NCBI RefSeq assembly: GCF_009834535.1
Contig: NC_045715.1
Coordinates: forward strand, 17,918,001 to 17,982,000
From: Camelus ferus
Taxonomy: Eukaryota
DNA: 64,000 bases
Reading direction: 5' to 3'
In this document: piece after piece, positions 11,541-24,527 of the stretch
Position numbering within the stretch: the first letter of the stretch is position 1
How the letters are laid out: each line of letters opens with the position of its first letter
The notes under the pieces: generated by a model
What the model was told of the DNA's origin: nothing
Databases searched by the model: none
What the model saw: only the letters and a program-made list of their open reading frames with translations
Translations under genes and position numbers: made by a program

Positions 11541-12182
11541 CTACTTCTTTTTGGGTGCAGCCTTCTTGGGTTTGGCAACCTTGGGCTTGGCGGCTTTGGG
11601 CTTCACTGCTTTAGCTGCACTCTTGGCAGCCTTCTTAGGCTTGGGAGCCTTAGCCTTCTTTGGACTCTTAGCCACTTTCTTGGTTACAGCAGCCGCCGCT
11701 GGCTTCTTCGCCTTCTTGGGGGTCTTCTTAGCGCTTTTTTTCGGAGTGGCCGCGCCCGCGGCCTTCTTGGGCTTCTTAGCTGCCCCAGCAGCCTTCTTGG
11801 GTTTGGCCGCACCCGCCTTCTTAGCTTTGGGCTTGGCTTCCCCAGTGGCCGCCTTCTTATTGAGCTTAAAAGAGCCGGAGGCACCGGTGCCCTTAGTCTG
11901 CACCAAGGTCCCCTTGCTTACCAGGCTTTTAAGACCCAACTTGATGCGGCTGTTGTTCTTCTCCACATCGTAGCCAGCGGCCGCCAGCGCCTTCTTGAGC
12001 GCAGCCAAGGATACGCCACTGCGCTCTTTGGAAGCGGCAACAGCCTTGGTGATGAGCTCCGACACCGGGGGCCCGGAGGCCTTACGGCGCGCCCCAGCCG
12101 GTTTCTTGGCAGCTTTTTTCTTGACTGGGGTCTTCTCCGCCGGGGGCGCGGCGGCAGGAGCGGCAGGAGCAGTCTCCGACAT
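11541..12182 (-). CDS. H1-2: Linker histone H1.2, 213 aa
   Basis: [17 protein letters not shown]...[30 protein letters not shown]. Length and tail match H1.2; next to HFE as in human. Confidence 0.95.
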   Translation of the reverse strand: MSETAPAAPAAAPPAEKTPVKKKAAKKPAGARRKASGPPVSELITKAVAASKERSGVSLAALKKALAAAGYDVEKNNSRIKLGLKSLVSKGTLVQTKGTGASGSFKLNKKAATGEAKPKAKKAGAAKPKKAAGAAKKPKKAAGAATPKKSAKKTPKKAKKPAAAAVTKKVAKSPKKAKAPKPKKAAKSAAKAVKPKAAKPKVAKPKKAAPKKK

Positions 12183-12251
12183 GCTGAAGATCTAGGACTC
12201 GGGTACAAGTGGCAAAAACGCCGATGGAGCTGTGCTTGGGCCAGGCCGCCG

Positions 12252-12698
12252 TATATATAGAGCGCAGGCGCGCGCTGATTGGTGCTCCAGTCGCCCGGCT
12301 GCCTGGCAGACTCTGAGCCGCCGCGGTGCGCCCAAGTTGTGTTTGTTCCACTTCACAAAAGGGGGAAAATATTAAAATGCTCCGCACCAAATCACCCGGA
12401 TTTGGTCGGGAAGGGATCCGAGAAGCCTCAGGCTTCGTGTTCTCCATTTATTTTTTCTGCAACCACAAAGACTACGCATCCAGGCGTCCCCAATTCCCCC
12501 AACTCCTAGGGAAGTCCTGGGCAGTCAGAGACCACTTTCTGTTTTTCTTCTAAATTACCTGTTCGCTCCTTCGCCCCTGAAACTTCTTTTTCTCAGGGGT
12601 GGTTGGGTACATGCTTCCCTTCTTTTAGGACCAAAAACGAAATGGTTTCCACCTAGATTTTCACTATAATTATGTTTCTTCGCAATGGAAGTAACACA
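12252..12698 (-). promoter_or_regulatory. H1-2 promoter: TATA, CCAAT, H1 box and TG box
   Basis: TATATATA at 12252-12259; CCAAT at 12278-12282; H1 box AAACACA at 12338-12344; TG box TGTGTTA at 12692-12698, 354 nt upstream measured 5' to 5'. Confidence 0.9.
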
Positions 12699-14299
12699 GG
12701 TCCTCTGTGAATTCTGTGTACAGACCCACAGGAACTGTGGACTGGGACAAGGATTCTGGGGCCAGTCCAAAGCAGTTAGGGCGGGATGGAGGGGGTTCGT
12801 AAGCCTTGGGGGGTCCTGGATGGTGGGGGGTTAGAGACTTAAATCTTTGATTTGAAGACATTGAAACTCTTTATCAAATCCCTCTTTTACAGACGGGGGC
12901 GGGGCACCTTTTCACTTCTCCAGAGGCGAGAAATTGGGCTGTTTTTTAAAAACTCTCAGGTTCCCCTCTGGGTTATGCAAGGCAGGGGGTCTGACCCTCA
13001 AGAATAGGAATAATAAGGGAAGAAGGGAGGCCCCCTGAGCCTGCAAATAACCTCCAATAGTTCTGGCAGGGAGGGACATTGAGATGATCTGTTTTCAAAG
13101 AAAACAAGCATTTATATATTTATTTTTCTATGCTGCATTAAAGATGAATTTCAGCACATGAAAATTGTAGGTTACTTCCAGTAACAATATCTAACACGTC
13201 ATGGTATAGAAGGACACTCTAACTGGGAACTCAAAGCTGTAGATGGAAATAAAGTAACTGAATTTAACAAGATACACTTTGACTTTTAAGATGAACTAGA
13301 AATTTGAAATAGAAACAATTAGATGGCAAAATTTTAAACAGAAATAGAGGAAAAGTACTAGAACAAATCAATCATTATGCCACTTTTCGCTGATAAACTC
13401 ACCTCTTCTCAACCCTTCTAAAGTTGGCCGTTTGTATTCTATTCTTTACTACTACATCTAGATGAAAATATGTACAGAAGATGTCAGTCTGAGATGTGAT
13501 AGTCAAAAGGGGTTATACAAATTGAGCTCAGTGATGAATGAAAAATGAGGCATCTTCTTTTAGACTGAGGATAACGCCATAGTTTCACTGAATGACAGTC
13601 ATTCAACATGTGGAAACTGTGTCTACTGGTCATGTCCTCTGGGAATTTAACAGCCTAATGAGATTAGTGATGGATGAATTAACAACCGTAGAAAATCACT
13701 TTAGACCTGCCATCCGTCAGTGTGACTCTGGCATAGGAATTATAAGAAATCACTGAAAGTGTACAAACAACTAAAGTATCTTCATCATACTAATATATTT
13801 TGGTAAAAAAGATAAAATAAGTACCGGCCACTCAGTTCTGATTCTATGTGCAGTGAGCCCGGCTCTTCATCTGAAACTATGCTAAGTGTGCATAACCACC
13901 AGGAAAATAGTTGTTTAGAGTCTTGATTACCAGGCCACTGAACCTCCCATCACTATAAATTGGTGTCCCTCTTTGCAAATCAGCAGTGTGTAAATTTGAT
14001 TTACTGTGATTCAGTTTTCTGATATGATCTCTCAGTTTAAGTCAATCAAATTACATCTCTCTATATGCAAATCTGAAGTCCAGATCTCTCGTGATTAGGA
14101 CACCAGGCATTCAAAGTCTTGCTCCCAACTTCCTGGACACATGGTGGAGGCCAGAGGGCAGAAAAACAAGTAGCCCTTCTCCAGATCCCTATAACTCGTG
14201 TTGAGAAAAGTTAAAAACAAAGCAAAGTTATTTCTTCAGATCTTTTCAAGGTGTACTAGAAAATTCTGTAAGTCCACTTGTGGGTCATCGGATATGCTA

Positions 14300-14610
14300 A
14301 GGCCATGCTTTACAATAAAATAGAACATGAGTCACACCTGTAATGTTGTTTTCTAGTAGTCACAATGAAAAAAGTAAAAAGACACAGATGAATTTAATTT
14401 TAATAATATGTTTTATTTGACTCAGTAAATCCACACTACTATTACTTCAACATGTAATCAGTATTTTAAAAACTAAGATGGTTTCTGTTCTTTTTTTCAT
14501 ATGGTAAATCTTCAAAATCTGGTGCATATTTTACACTTGTACAATTTCACACTAGCCACATTACAAGTGCTCAGTGACCCCCACGTGGTTAATAGCTGAC
14601 ATACTGGACA
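14300..14610. mobile_element. MER33-like relic, opposite orientation to the 7.2 kb copy
   Basis: Contains CACTAGCCACATTACAAGTGCTC, the reverse complement of the motif in the 7.2 kb copy. Confidence 0.6.
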
Positions 14611-16819
14611 AAAATATTTAGCAAAAGTAACTTCGACTTAATATTTACTTTTTGATTAGGCTCAGAGTATGTAAAATCAGATGTTCACTTGTAGAAGACT
14701 GATACATTAATAAGGGTTTTGTTCAGTAGAGATGGAAATGAATTCTTTTCCGGAGCAAAGATAACCCCTAAAAGTTCTGATTGTATCGCCTAATAGGACA
14801 GTAACCAACTTTGTATCTGATTTTTTCAGCCTTCCAGCATTCTTTCCTGCCCTGACTGAATACGTATTTCATTCCGCCGTATCCTACTTTGACCTAATTT
14901 TGTCATCCTCCTTGCTTGCTCATTAATACTTAAGTCATTCTCTGACCCGTGTGCAAATTCCCCATACTCAGTACTTGTATGAGAGTCACGTTTTGAAAAT
15001 TATACTTTGACACTTGGTTAGTCAGTTTGTCCTACAGGCTCTGAATCAGAATCTTTAGAAACCATTCTAAAACATTGGAGGATATGCAATTTTTTGACCA
15101 TTGGCTTTCAAATGACCTTAGAGCCTATGGATGTCCTGTGGAATCTCAGCCTTTCAAATAAGATTGAACAAACCTGTAAACAACAAAAAAACCTATGAAA
15201 ATGAGCTCCAAGGGAAAATTCAGATTAAGGATGTGGTCTTTCACTCAAAATTGGTGGGCCCAAGATAGCCAGCAATAAATTGAGGGCAGGATTACATATT
15301 GCAATGCAATAAATGGTGTGCTCCTATATTTACACACAGTCTGAATATTATGGATTGGCTAACTGGTTCATGTCTTTCAGGTTTGGAAATTTGGTGGACT
15401 AAGTTAAAGAAGCAGAGTACTGTATTAAGTCCAAATGGAGCTGGAGAGAGAAAGAGACTTAAATAGCCAGCGAGAAGAGTGGTTGGAACAAGTGTATGGA
15501 TCAGGGGCTGACAACTGATTTTTCTTTCACTTCCTCCTTCTACCATGCCAGAAGAGGGTTCTGTCTGCTTGTTATAGGCCCCAAGTGGAAGTGACTAAAA
15601 CTTGCTTTTTCCTGACTCACCAAGGGATGAGGCTAATATTAGCAGCCAATCCATGAGCTTGCCTGCTCAAGGAGCGTAAAGTGTAGTGCTTCAGTGCACC
15701 CAGGACCGACGATATAGGACAGCCTGAAAAAAATACACAGGAAAGAACTGTAGCCTGCATAAGATTGTAGGCCCTCCAGTCTTGTTTCTTTGTTCAGCCT
15801 CACAAACCATTCTTACAAATAATCCAGAGCAACTTTTGTCTTTTTTTCAATCTCTACAGGCAAATGGTCGACAATGAAACAACAGACCTGAACCAACATG
15901 TTTCCCCCAGGAGCCTGTGGGCACCTCAAGGGCTGAGACCAAAGTTTCTGTTTCTTATCCCCTGACCCACCCTCAAAATACACTAGGGAAACCAACAGAG
16001 AACATAATAATAAAGCATATGGTAGGACTCAATAAATACATAGAGAGTATCACCAAAGGAACAATACAGTGCAAAACATATCTACCTAATATTTTGAAAT
16101 TGCTATTAGAACCACGTAACTGAGACAAGAGGGCATTAATAGCAACTTTATTCTTCAGGCTTGTTTTCAAATGACTTTAAATGGTTTCAAAAGTCAAACG
16201 TACCCTCAAAAGAAAAGGATTTGTCAATAGCGAGAAGATACGCATCTTTACATCTTTTCAGTTTAGGCCTCTAATGAAGGCAATTATAAAGCACCAGATG
16301 CAAACATATATTAGGCGATAGCCTTAACCAAAATAAAGACATGCCCTTACACAATGACTACTTTGGAGGAAACGGGCATATAAATTTTGATAGATTTGTT
16401 AGGACATATTATTGCGTTTTATTTCTCGCTCATTACTATGCCACACACGCGCTTTTCACAAACTTACTGAACACTTGTTAAGCAAAGGATGCTAGGAGAG
16501 ATAAGAAAAACAAAGACCAGCCAAACAAAGTGTCTCCTCTTAAGGAATTAGACATGGTGGGACAGCTACAGACAGTGTAATTGTCACACAGTGTGATAAA
16601 TCTGATAGGAAAAACAGACCACTGAGAGAACAAAAAGATCAAAACCCCAAAATGTTAATATGCTGATTAAACCTTTGCTTTCAAGGCCTTACCAATCCGG
16701 TTGGGAAATTAAGACATCAGAGAAGAGCCTAGAACTGTGGTTCCCAAAACTTTAGATTTCAGGATCCCTTCACATTCCTGAAAATGAGTAGCCCCCACCC
16801 CAAAAGTTTTGTTAAGGTA

Positions 16820-17215
16820 AGTTACATATATATATAGATATTTACTACTTTAGAAATTAAAGCTGAGTATTAAATTTAATAATTTATGTTTATATGATGT
16901 TTATTAAATATAAAATTAATTATATTTATTTATAATTAACAAATAGCATATAATATATTCATTTACATTACATACTATAGATTCTCATACAAAATGTATA
17001 CTATATAATGTTATGTATACTACAGTTATGTATAAAACATATAATAGTATAAAATATATTAGTACTATATATTTATATATAAATCTCTCTATAGTATATA
17101 TAGTATTATATATATACTTTATTTACTACATATACTACATATAGATTTGTATATGAAATCTATGAAAATGTAATGCTATATATAATATTATGTGTTATAA
17201 ATTTATTGAACACTA
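16820..17215. repeat. AT-rich, (TA)n-derived low-complexity tract
   Basis: About 400 bp almost entirely A/T with decayed TATA/TATAC units. Confidence 0.85.
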
Positions 17216-17451
17216 TGTGCTAACAAGGATAAAGTCATTTAAAGGGTTTGTGGCTTGACAACGTGCTTAAGATCAATCCAGAGACTTCATTGTAACACAC
17301 ATGCCCCAGACAAAACCCCAAGAAGTAGATTGCACTGAAGTGTAGGTTGTATAAAAATCCAATTATCAATTTAATAAATGGGATTTGTTTTGGTCTCAAC
17401 CCTTTCCTGCCCAAAGGCATTTACAATATAGGATGTGGTTAGCACCAATAG

Positions 17452-17465
17452 GCACTAGATGGCGT
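17452..17465 (+). promoter_or_regulatory. Candidate CTCF site, forward
   Basis: GCACTAGATGGCGT versus core CCAC(C/T)AG(A/G)(T/G)GGCGC; CpG retained. Confidence 0.6.
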
Positions 17466-18961
17466 TCCAAATTAAAACCACGCTTGGCCGACAGCTGATG
17501 CTCCTGGCTTCCTGGCTAAGTCATCAATCATTAACTTTGGGTTGACATATTACTCAGAGATTTCAAAATTCATTCGTATACAGTGCTTTAATGGGCAGAA
17601 ATGATTATTACTTACAATTGATGGTGACAATATTGAGAAGTTATGAGACTGGAGTAAGGCCCCAAAGCAGTCAGGTACGAGGCTGGCTACCACAATTTTT
17701 GGAGTCAATAATCTATAAAAAGAAAGAAATTGTCAAATGGACAAGAAACCTGTGGTTGATTTATTCATTTCTCCCAAACAATTATTAAGCAAGAGAACCA
17801 CAAATAACTACTCTCGTAGTGCTTAGAATAAAGGGGAAAAGACATAGGAAAAGGATGGACAGAAACTGTTTTACGTCCACCAGTACAGTGTAGAGACCGA
17901 AGGAGGAAATGGCCAATTTAACCAAATCATAGGAGTAGAAACAGTCGCTTGGAGAAGACATTTCCATTGTGTATTAAATGTGCATAACAAATTCGGCATA
18001 AGAACTCCAGGGATGTAGAGAGACTGCATATATTTTATCTTTTTAAATTATTATCATTTTAATAGTGAGATAACCACAATATAGGCAATCTGTGAGAAGA
18101 TACTGACCTGTAACCTGGTAGGGAGCAACATCCTCTGATTAAAAAATGTCATTGATAATAAGATTATTATATTAGGATATGTAATAATAATAAACATGGT
18201 TTAGTCTTGATTACATGCCAGGCACTGTCCTGAGGGCATCATTTATCAATTTTTGATTTTTTTATTTAATTCTAAATAATACTTTATGAAATAGATGTTA
18301 TCACCTCTTTACAATTGAGAAAATTGAAAAGAGCATTTAAGTGGCTTTGCAGTAGAACTTTGCCTTGCAGACTGATTCATGTGCCTTTAAAGCACACATA
18401 TATACTCATCAGAAATGAGATAAAATAGGGCAGTTTATAAAAACTCAGGTTATACTAAAGTGAGCAAGGGTAGACTCTGTTGTTTTTCTCGTCAGTAATG
18501 AAAAGTATATAGATGGGCAGTTTCCACTGGAAGATATTAAATATTGAGGACATTTTCTCCCTTAAAGTTTCTAAGATTTCTGAAAGAGCTGAATGGTAAC
18601 AATTGACAAAAGCAGTCATTGCTTTGGCCTCAAACTCTTCCCAAATCAAATAGACGTTTACACCATGGTATATCATACAGATGACATTGTAAACCAAAGG
18701 GTATTACATACAGTTTATTCTTAATCTGCCAGTTCTGTAATTATTACCTCCTATGGGTGTCTATATCTGTCAACAATTTTAAGAGGTCATTCATATAGAG
18801 TATGATTTGGTGAGCAGTAATTATTATCCCCATTTGACAGATGAGCAGTTTGAGGTTTGGAGAAGCTGGAGTAAGGTTATGTACAGTTAAACACCAGGAA
18901 TAAGCAACCAGGTCTTCGGACTCACAGGTAGATAGATAAGATTTGCACTAAGAAATGGAAT

Positions 18962-19466
18962 TGTCAAGAGAACCAGAAGCTGTGAAACTTCACATCTTTA
19001 CCTACAACTCTTATTGGTCATAGGAGATCTCAGGCCTCAGCCTGCCTAAAATGCCAGAAGCATTTATCAACCTGACTTTAAACTTCACAAGTTTTTCTCT
19101 AGTTTTTTCACAGACCCTTCTAAGCATCTTTGTTCTAGGCACAAGGATATTAGAGTTCCAAAGCGGGAGGTGAACATAATACCCATCAGAAGAAAGGTGA
19201 CCACTGCATCTACAAAAACACGGACAACTTTGCAACAAGTTGTTATCATGTATGTGATCTCTATGGAAACCCACACCCTTTCTTCAGTTCTTACTATAAA
19301 ACCCCCTTCTTCTTTTCCCCGCAGGCTCACTGTCTCGGAGATATCAGCTCACTGTAATTTTCTTTGCCTGGCAAAGAAATAAAGCTGTCTTTTCTACTTC
19401 ATCCAAAACTCTGCCCTCAAGTCTCAATTCAGTAAGTGGGGTACAGAGGCCGAGTTTCAGCAACCA
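18962..19466 (+). mobile_element. Solo ERV LTR (ends approximate)
   Basis: TATAAAA at 19295-19301, AATAAA at 19378-19383, and an ERV1-like 3' end GCCGAGTTTCAGCAAC. No TSD resolved. Confidence 0.55.
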
Positions 19467-19899
19467 GTTTAGCATGGTTCCTAGCAAGTAGAGTTTACTC
19501 TTACCACCATTACATCTCATGATTTTTTTAACTTAAAGAAACCAACTTGCAGTTAAGTATGCTAAATGAACACGTCGGTTTTGCTCCTTCTCTAAACCCC
19601 ATCCAGTGACAGTAAAGAGTTTCACAAAGAAGGCAGAAACCCTCAAAGATGAAGAGAATGTGAGAAGGAACAACAACCCAATAGAGGTGTAAACAGAATT
19701 TTAGAAACTGGACAGCAGATGGGTGAATGCTAAACATCTCATCAGACTAGAGAAAGCTGTATCCACCACCTTTAGGGGAAAAAACCCATAAGAAACAAAT
19801 AAATTCCCTGCCAGACAACCCTAGACAGATTTAGGTCTTTGAGACATCAAGTACCTCTGAGGTCAAGGTTAGGAGCAGGATTGAAAACAGGCAGATTTG

Positions 19900-20037
19900 G
19901 CGGGGTGGGTACAGTTCAGTGGTAGAGCATATGCTTAGCGTGTATGAGGTCCTGAGCTCAATCCCCAGTATCTCCATTAAAAAAATAAATAAATAAAATA
20001 AGAAAGTTAAAAAATTATTAAAAAAAAAAAAAAAAAA
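19900..20037 (+). mobile_element. tRNA-derived SINE (camelid vic-1-like) with 17-bp TSD
   Basis: A-box-like GGTACAGTTCAGTGG, B-box-like GAGCTCAATCC and an A-rich tail. TSD GAAAACAGGCAGATTTG at 19883-19899 and 20038-20054. Confidence 0.85.
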
Positions 20038-20759
20038 GAAAACAGGCAGATTTGTTAGAAATCTGTGAAAGAAGAATTTTGATGCCCAGATTATCTCCGT
20101 ACATTAACAGCCAGGTGGTTGCTCGAGCCCAGCCCAGCTGAAGGACAGACTTTTCCTTTGGTGACATTGAATCAGAGGGACCCTGGACTCAGAGGCCTCT
20201 GGCATTGCTGAAGATGAAAGTGCAGTACAAAACAGAAAATAGGGCTTTAAAGAAAATCTGTGTACATAAAATGAAATCCTCCCAGCCCCTTTCCCTGTTT
20301 GTCTCCCAAAACGGAGTGATCAGCAATGAACTATCCAGTTGCTTCTGTTATAACATGGTATAAACATTCCTGAAAAAACCCATATTCCTTAAAAAAAAAA
20401 AAAAAGCCCCAGAATTGACAGGGTTGATGGAAAAACAGGATTGGACAGACAACGCAAAGCAGATAAGCACAAGAGAGAAGTAACTGCTTTCCTCAGAGAT
20501 ACCCAGAGTAGGTTTTTATGTAACTTACAACATTGCATTGATGTTCAGTTGAGTGAATTAATAAATAATCATGAGATGGATACTGAGATCATTTCTAAGT
20601 GAGAACATTGAAACATCTTCTAAGCCTAACTTTCAGTTCATATGCTTTTGCTTCTTATTTTTATATGTTTTAGAGAGACTGTATATTTGGGTCTATAAAT
20701 GAGCATATTTACTTTGGCTATTTTGAGTAGACCTAAACAAATAACCTAGCATTGATATC

Positions 20760-21135
20760 ATCAGAATCCCAGGAGACGAGAAAGAACTAGCTGAAAGAGT
20801 ATTTGAAGAAATAATGTCTCAGATTTTCAAAATGTAGTCAAGGAAATAAAGTGAATAAACCTCAAATAAAATATAACCAAAGAAACTCATGCCAAACACT
20901 TCATAATTAAAATTCTAGAAAGACAATTTTGTTTGTCTAAAGACAAACAAACAAACAAAAATCTTGAAAGCAGCCAGAAAGAAACTATCACTGTCCACTA
21001 TTCACTATCACCTGAGTGGAAATATCAACTCAGGTGACAGTGAATTCCTCATCTGAATAAATGGAGACCAGAAGGAATTGACACCCATTTTTTAGGTGTG
21101 AAAGAAAATAACTGTCAACCCAAAATTCTGTATCT
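20760..21135 (+). mobile_element. LINE-1 ORF1 fragment
   Basis: TATTTGAAGAAATAATG...AAATCTTGAAAGCAGCCAGAAAG...ACTGTCAACCCAAAATTCTGTATC resembles the L1 ORF1 3' half. Confidence 0.7.
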
Positions 21136-21615
21136 TTTAGGTATTTTAGGTATCCCTTAGATACTGAAGGTATCCTTTATCATATCTTTTAATATCTGGT
21201 AAACATGTTTCCCTGAGTTCTAGAAGGCACTCTAGCAAATTAATTGAACTCAGGGAGTCAAACCTCCCATCTATAGCCAATCTGTCAGAAGCATAAGTGA
21301 TAAACTGGGCTTGTGACTGACATCTAAAATGGGAGTGGGGAGGAGGCCAGTCTTGCGGGACTGAGCGCTTAACCTGTCTCCAGGCAGATAGTGTCATAAT
21401 TGAGTTAAATGCTAGGACACTCAGCTGTGTCAGAGATTTGCTTGTTGTTGTGGGGGAAAATCTCCACACTTTTGGTTACTGAAAGTGTCAGAAGTAAAGT
21501 GTTTTGTATGAGTCGTAAGGGAGACTCGCAGAAATTAAAAAAAATTTATATACAGTATGGAAGAACTGAGTTTTTCCTTGCATAGGAAGGAAAAAGCTGA
21601 GTTTTTCCTTTACAC
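21136..21615 (+). mobile_element. MER21-like LTR between L1 pieces
   Basis: GTTTCCCTGAGTTCT..CTCTAGCAAATTAATTGAAC and GGGACTGAGC..AACCTG motifs, recalled from the MER21 consensus. Confidence 0.65.
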
Positions 21616-21803
21616 ACACGGAACAGAATGAAGTTGGACCTCTATCTCACACTATACCTAAAAATCGACTCAAAATGGAGAAAAGACATAAACGTAAGAA
21701 CTAAAATTATAAACTGTTAGAAGAAAATATAGGTGTAAATCGTTGCAACCTTGGATTTGTCAGTGGTCTCTTCGATGTGACACCAAAAAGCAACAAAGCA
21801 ACA
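21616..21803 (+). mobile_element. LINE-1 ORF2 3' fragment
   Basis: GAATGAAGTTGGACC..CTCACACTATAC..AAAATCGACTCAAAATGG..TTAGAAGAAAATATAGG. Confidence 0.75.
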
Positions 21804-21983
21804 TTTTCCCCATCCTGTTTCATAACCCCATACAGTTAAAGGGCCTTACTTTCCAAGTTAGACTTTTTTCTTAGGTGGCCAAAATTTGCTAACCTGCTTA
21901 AAAGGGTATTAGTTATTCGATTTATTAGGCATTTAAAGGTATTAGGAAAATCAGATTTTAATAACGTTTTGAAATGGATAAGG

Positions 21984-22165
21984 CAATAGTTCTGAAACTT
22001 TATACTGTGTGTTGGGGTGGTGGGGGGGAGGTGCTTGAAATCCCAGTGCCCTGGTGGCACCCCACAGCAGTTAAATCTGAGTGTCTGGGGGCTATAGCCC
22101 AGGGCATCAATAGGTTTTCTGATTCTCCAAGTGATTCCAATGTGCAGTAAAGTTTGTGAAATGCA
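21984..22165. mobile_element. MER5-like hAT relic
   Basis: AGTTCTGAAACTT ... CTCCAAGTGATTCCAATGTGCAG..AAGTTTG. Confidence 0.55.
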
Positions 22166-22599
22166 ATTTAATTATGTAAACTGTGAAAGATGTTTCCGTA
22201 GGTAGGACCTAATCTGTTAATCTTATGATGTAACTAATTCTGGTCAAAGAATATAACTTTTTATGCAAAAATATTTCTAGATTAAACAACAAGATTGGCG
22301 AATTGAACTTAAAGTCTTTGAAAAGGCATACCTAAATTTTCAAGTTACTCAATATTGAAATCTTAAATATTTCGATCAGAAAATCATTCAGTATGCTTAC
22401 TTCAATCAGCAACATCCTCTGGATTTAAAAACCAGAGACAGCTGGGTAACCGAGTGTTTCACAAGCAGGTACTCTGGGCTGCAGGAAAGAGAGTTCAAGT
22501 GCAGGAAACCCATTTCTTTTCACCAGTGGCCCCGGAAAAGGATCTCACTGGCCAGGAAGTTTGATCTGGGATCCCCGCAGCCTCGGCAATGGCTCCAGG

Positions 22600-23250
22600 G
22601 TGACTTCTTGGGTCATTCCGGTTTCCCTGCCCTACCCAAGCGGCTGAAACGCTCCAGTACGCGCGGTCCGAGCCGGGGAAATGGGCCCGCGAGCCCGGCC
22701 GGCGCTTCTCCTACTGATCCTCCTGCGGACAGTGGACACGCAGGGGCGACCGCGGCGTGAGTCCGGGGGATGCGGGCCGGATTCGGGTGCGGCGGGGGAG
22801 GAAAAATCGAAAGTAGCTTTTCTTAGCGCTTGGGAGTTTGCTAAGATATTGACGACTGCTCAGTCCCGTGTGCAGTCCCCTGCCCTAGCTTTCCCCGGAG
22901 GGGACGCGGGCCACTGGTGCAGACGGGGTTATGGGGCCTCTAGTCCCAAGACCTTGACCCCCGCCCCCTGCTCGCCCGCCCGCTGTCTCTGTCTTAAGAA
23001 GTGGCACAGGAACCACCCCCTCCCTCCTCTGACCATGACGCTTTTAGATGTAAATCTTAGTTTCTCACTGAGGAGGAGCTACACCTAGGGGTCCTCGGAC
23101 TCGGATCTCGGCTTTCTGGTTCCTATGGTCGGCTGTATTGATTTTCACCCCTCGACCATCCCCAAACAGGAAGTTCTTCTCACCAAGGGCGACCTTGGCC
23201 GCAGCGCCCCCTTGGTGTTTCCACAGCAGGGCGCCCCCCAGCGTTGGGAG
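22600..23250. promoter_or_regulatory. CpG island over the HFE promoter and exon 1
   Basis: Visibly GC- and CpG-dense (e.g. GTACGCGCGGTCCGAGCCGGGG) relative to the flanks. Confidence 0.75.
22681..22756 (+). CDS. HFE: HFE exon 1 (signal peptide)
   Basis: MGPRARPALLLLILLRTVDTQGRPR, phase-1 donor C|GTGAGT; 76 nt as in human. Confidence 0.93.
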
Positions 23251-24333
23251 ACTTGGCTGAGCAAAAGCACAGACCCAAGTGGGGTTTCCACTTCAGAACC
23301 CCTGGCGCTGGGAAGTGGGGGTGTGTAGGAGTGGGTGTGGGATCTGAGTTCTACCCCGACCGCACCCCTTCTGTTAAGACCTGGGGTGGAGGCCGCTGGG
23401 GGTGGGAGGCTCTTGACAGAGGTCGGCCCCAGGCCTTACTGACTTAGCGATTGTTCTTTTGCCTGGAAAAAATAACATATCCGTTATTTTTGACCTTTTG
23501 AACTGCACCTAACTAGTCTCCTTTTCAGCCTGAAGTTGTTGGTTTGCAATGTTAATAGTATTGTATAATTAACCGGCCTTTACTAAAAGATGCCAAAGTG
23601 ATGATAATGAACACTTAAGTAGTGACCTCAGTTTTAAATCACCTTCATATCTCTGATCTTGTTTGATTCTAACATGCATTTAGGAGGTAGGGGCTGTTAA
23701 TACGTTGATTTTACTAGTGGTTAACGACCTCAGGTTAAATCCTTTCTCCCGGTTAGAAAGAATTTGGGCAATCTGGTTTTCTGACGTTAAATGAGGTACC
23801 GCTGGTTCTAATCTCAGCTGACAGTGAGTTTGCCGCACTGTTGTCTGGCGCTTTCACTTAGAGGGTAGGTGGGATGTGTATCCACACTTTATACATGACA
23901 AGGATGAGGTCTGACCTGCTCACCAGTAACTTTGTTCCATGTTACTTTGGGCTGCAAGGCAGATCCCGTGTCTCCACTTCATAGCTGTGATCCTTAAAAG
24001 TCACACTGCTTTGGAGGTTGAATCCAAAATTTGATGATCAGAAATATTCACTGTTCACAAATATAGAAGGAGCTATGTGTTGAGCTGTTCTAGACCCAGG
24101 AGAGAGAGCGGGGAGCTGAGTCCTCAGATGTTTTGCATTTGAGTCGGAATGATGGTACAGAAACCAACAAAAGGATATAGAGCATCAGGTAGCAATGGGC
24201 GCCTGGAAGATGTGGGAAGCAGGGAGGTCAGGGTTGGCCACTCTATCTGGCTGATGTTCGAGCATAGACCCAAGGAAATAAGGGTGATGCTGAGTAGGAG
24301 TGGCGTTTCCCGGGACAGGCTGGGTGGACCCAG

Positions 24334-24527
24334 CAAGGATTTGCAACCTCAGCAATCCTGACATTTTTTTGTTGTGGGGACCGTCGTGTGCGTTGTAGGA
24401 CATTTAGCAGCGTCCCTGTCCTTTACTCACTGGATGTTAGTACACTCCCCAGTTGTGCCAAACAAAAATGGCTCCAGATATTGCCATATGCCCCTAAAGA
24501 GATGAAATGCCCCGGTTAAGAATCCCT
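24334..24527 (-). mobile_element. MER20 DNA transposon relic in HFE intron 1
   Basis: Reverse complement resembles the MER20 consensus (GGATGCTGCTAAA..CCTACAA..CACAACAA..AATGTC..GAGGTTG). Confidence 0.75.

Noticed and set aside
11478-12260. Long plus-strand ORFs (260 aa and 140 aa) antisense to H1-2
   Set aside because: Shadow ORFs caused by the Lys/Ala/Pro codon bias of H1; the same effect appears opposite H1t (39177-39401) and H2A (2802-3146).
19900-19975. Possible tRNA gene
   Set aside because: It has A- and B-box-like motifs but also an A-rich tail and a TSD, and lacks a closable acceptor stem; it is a SINE. I found no convincing tRNA gene in the window.
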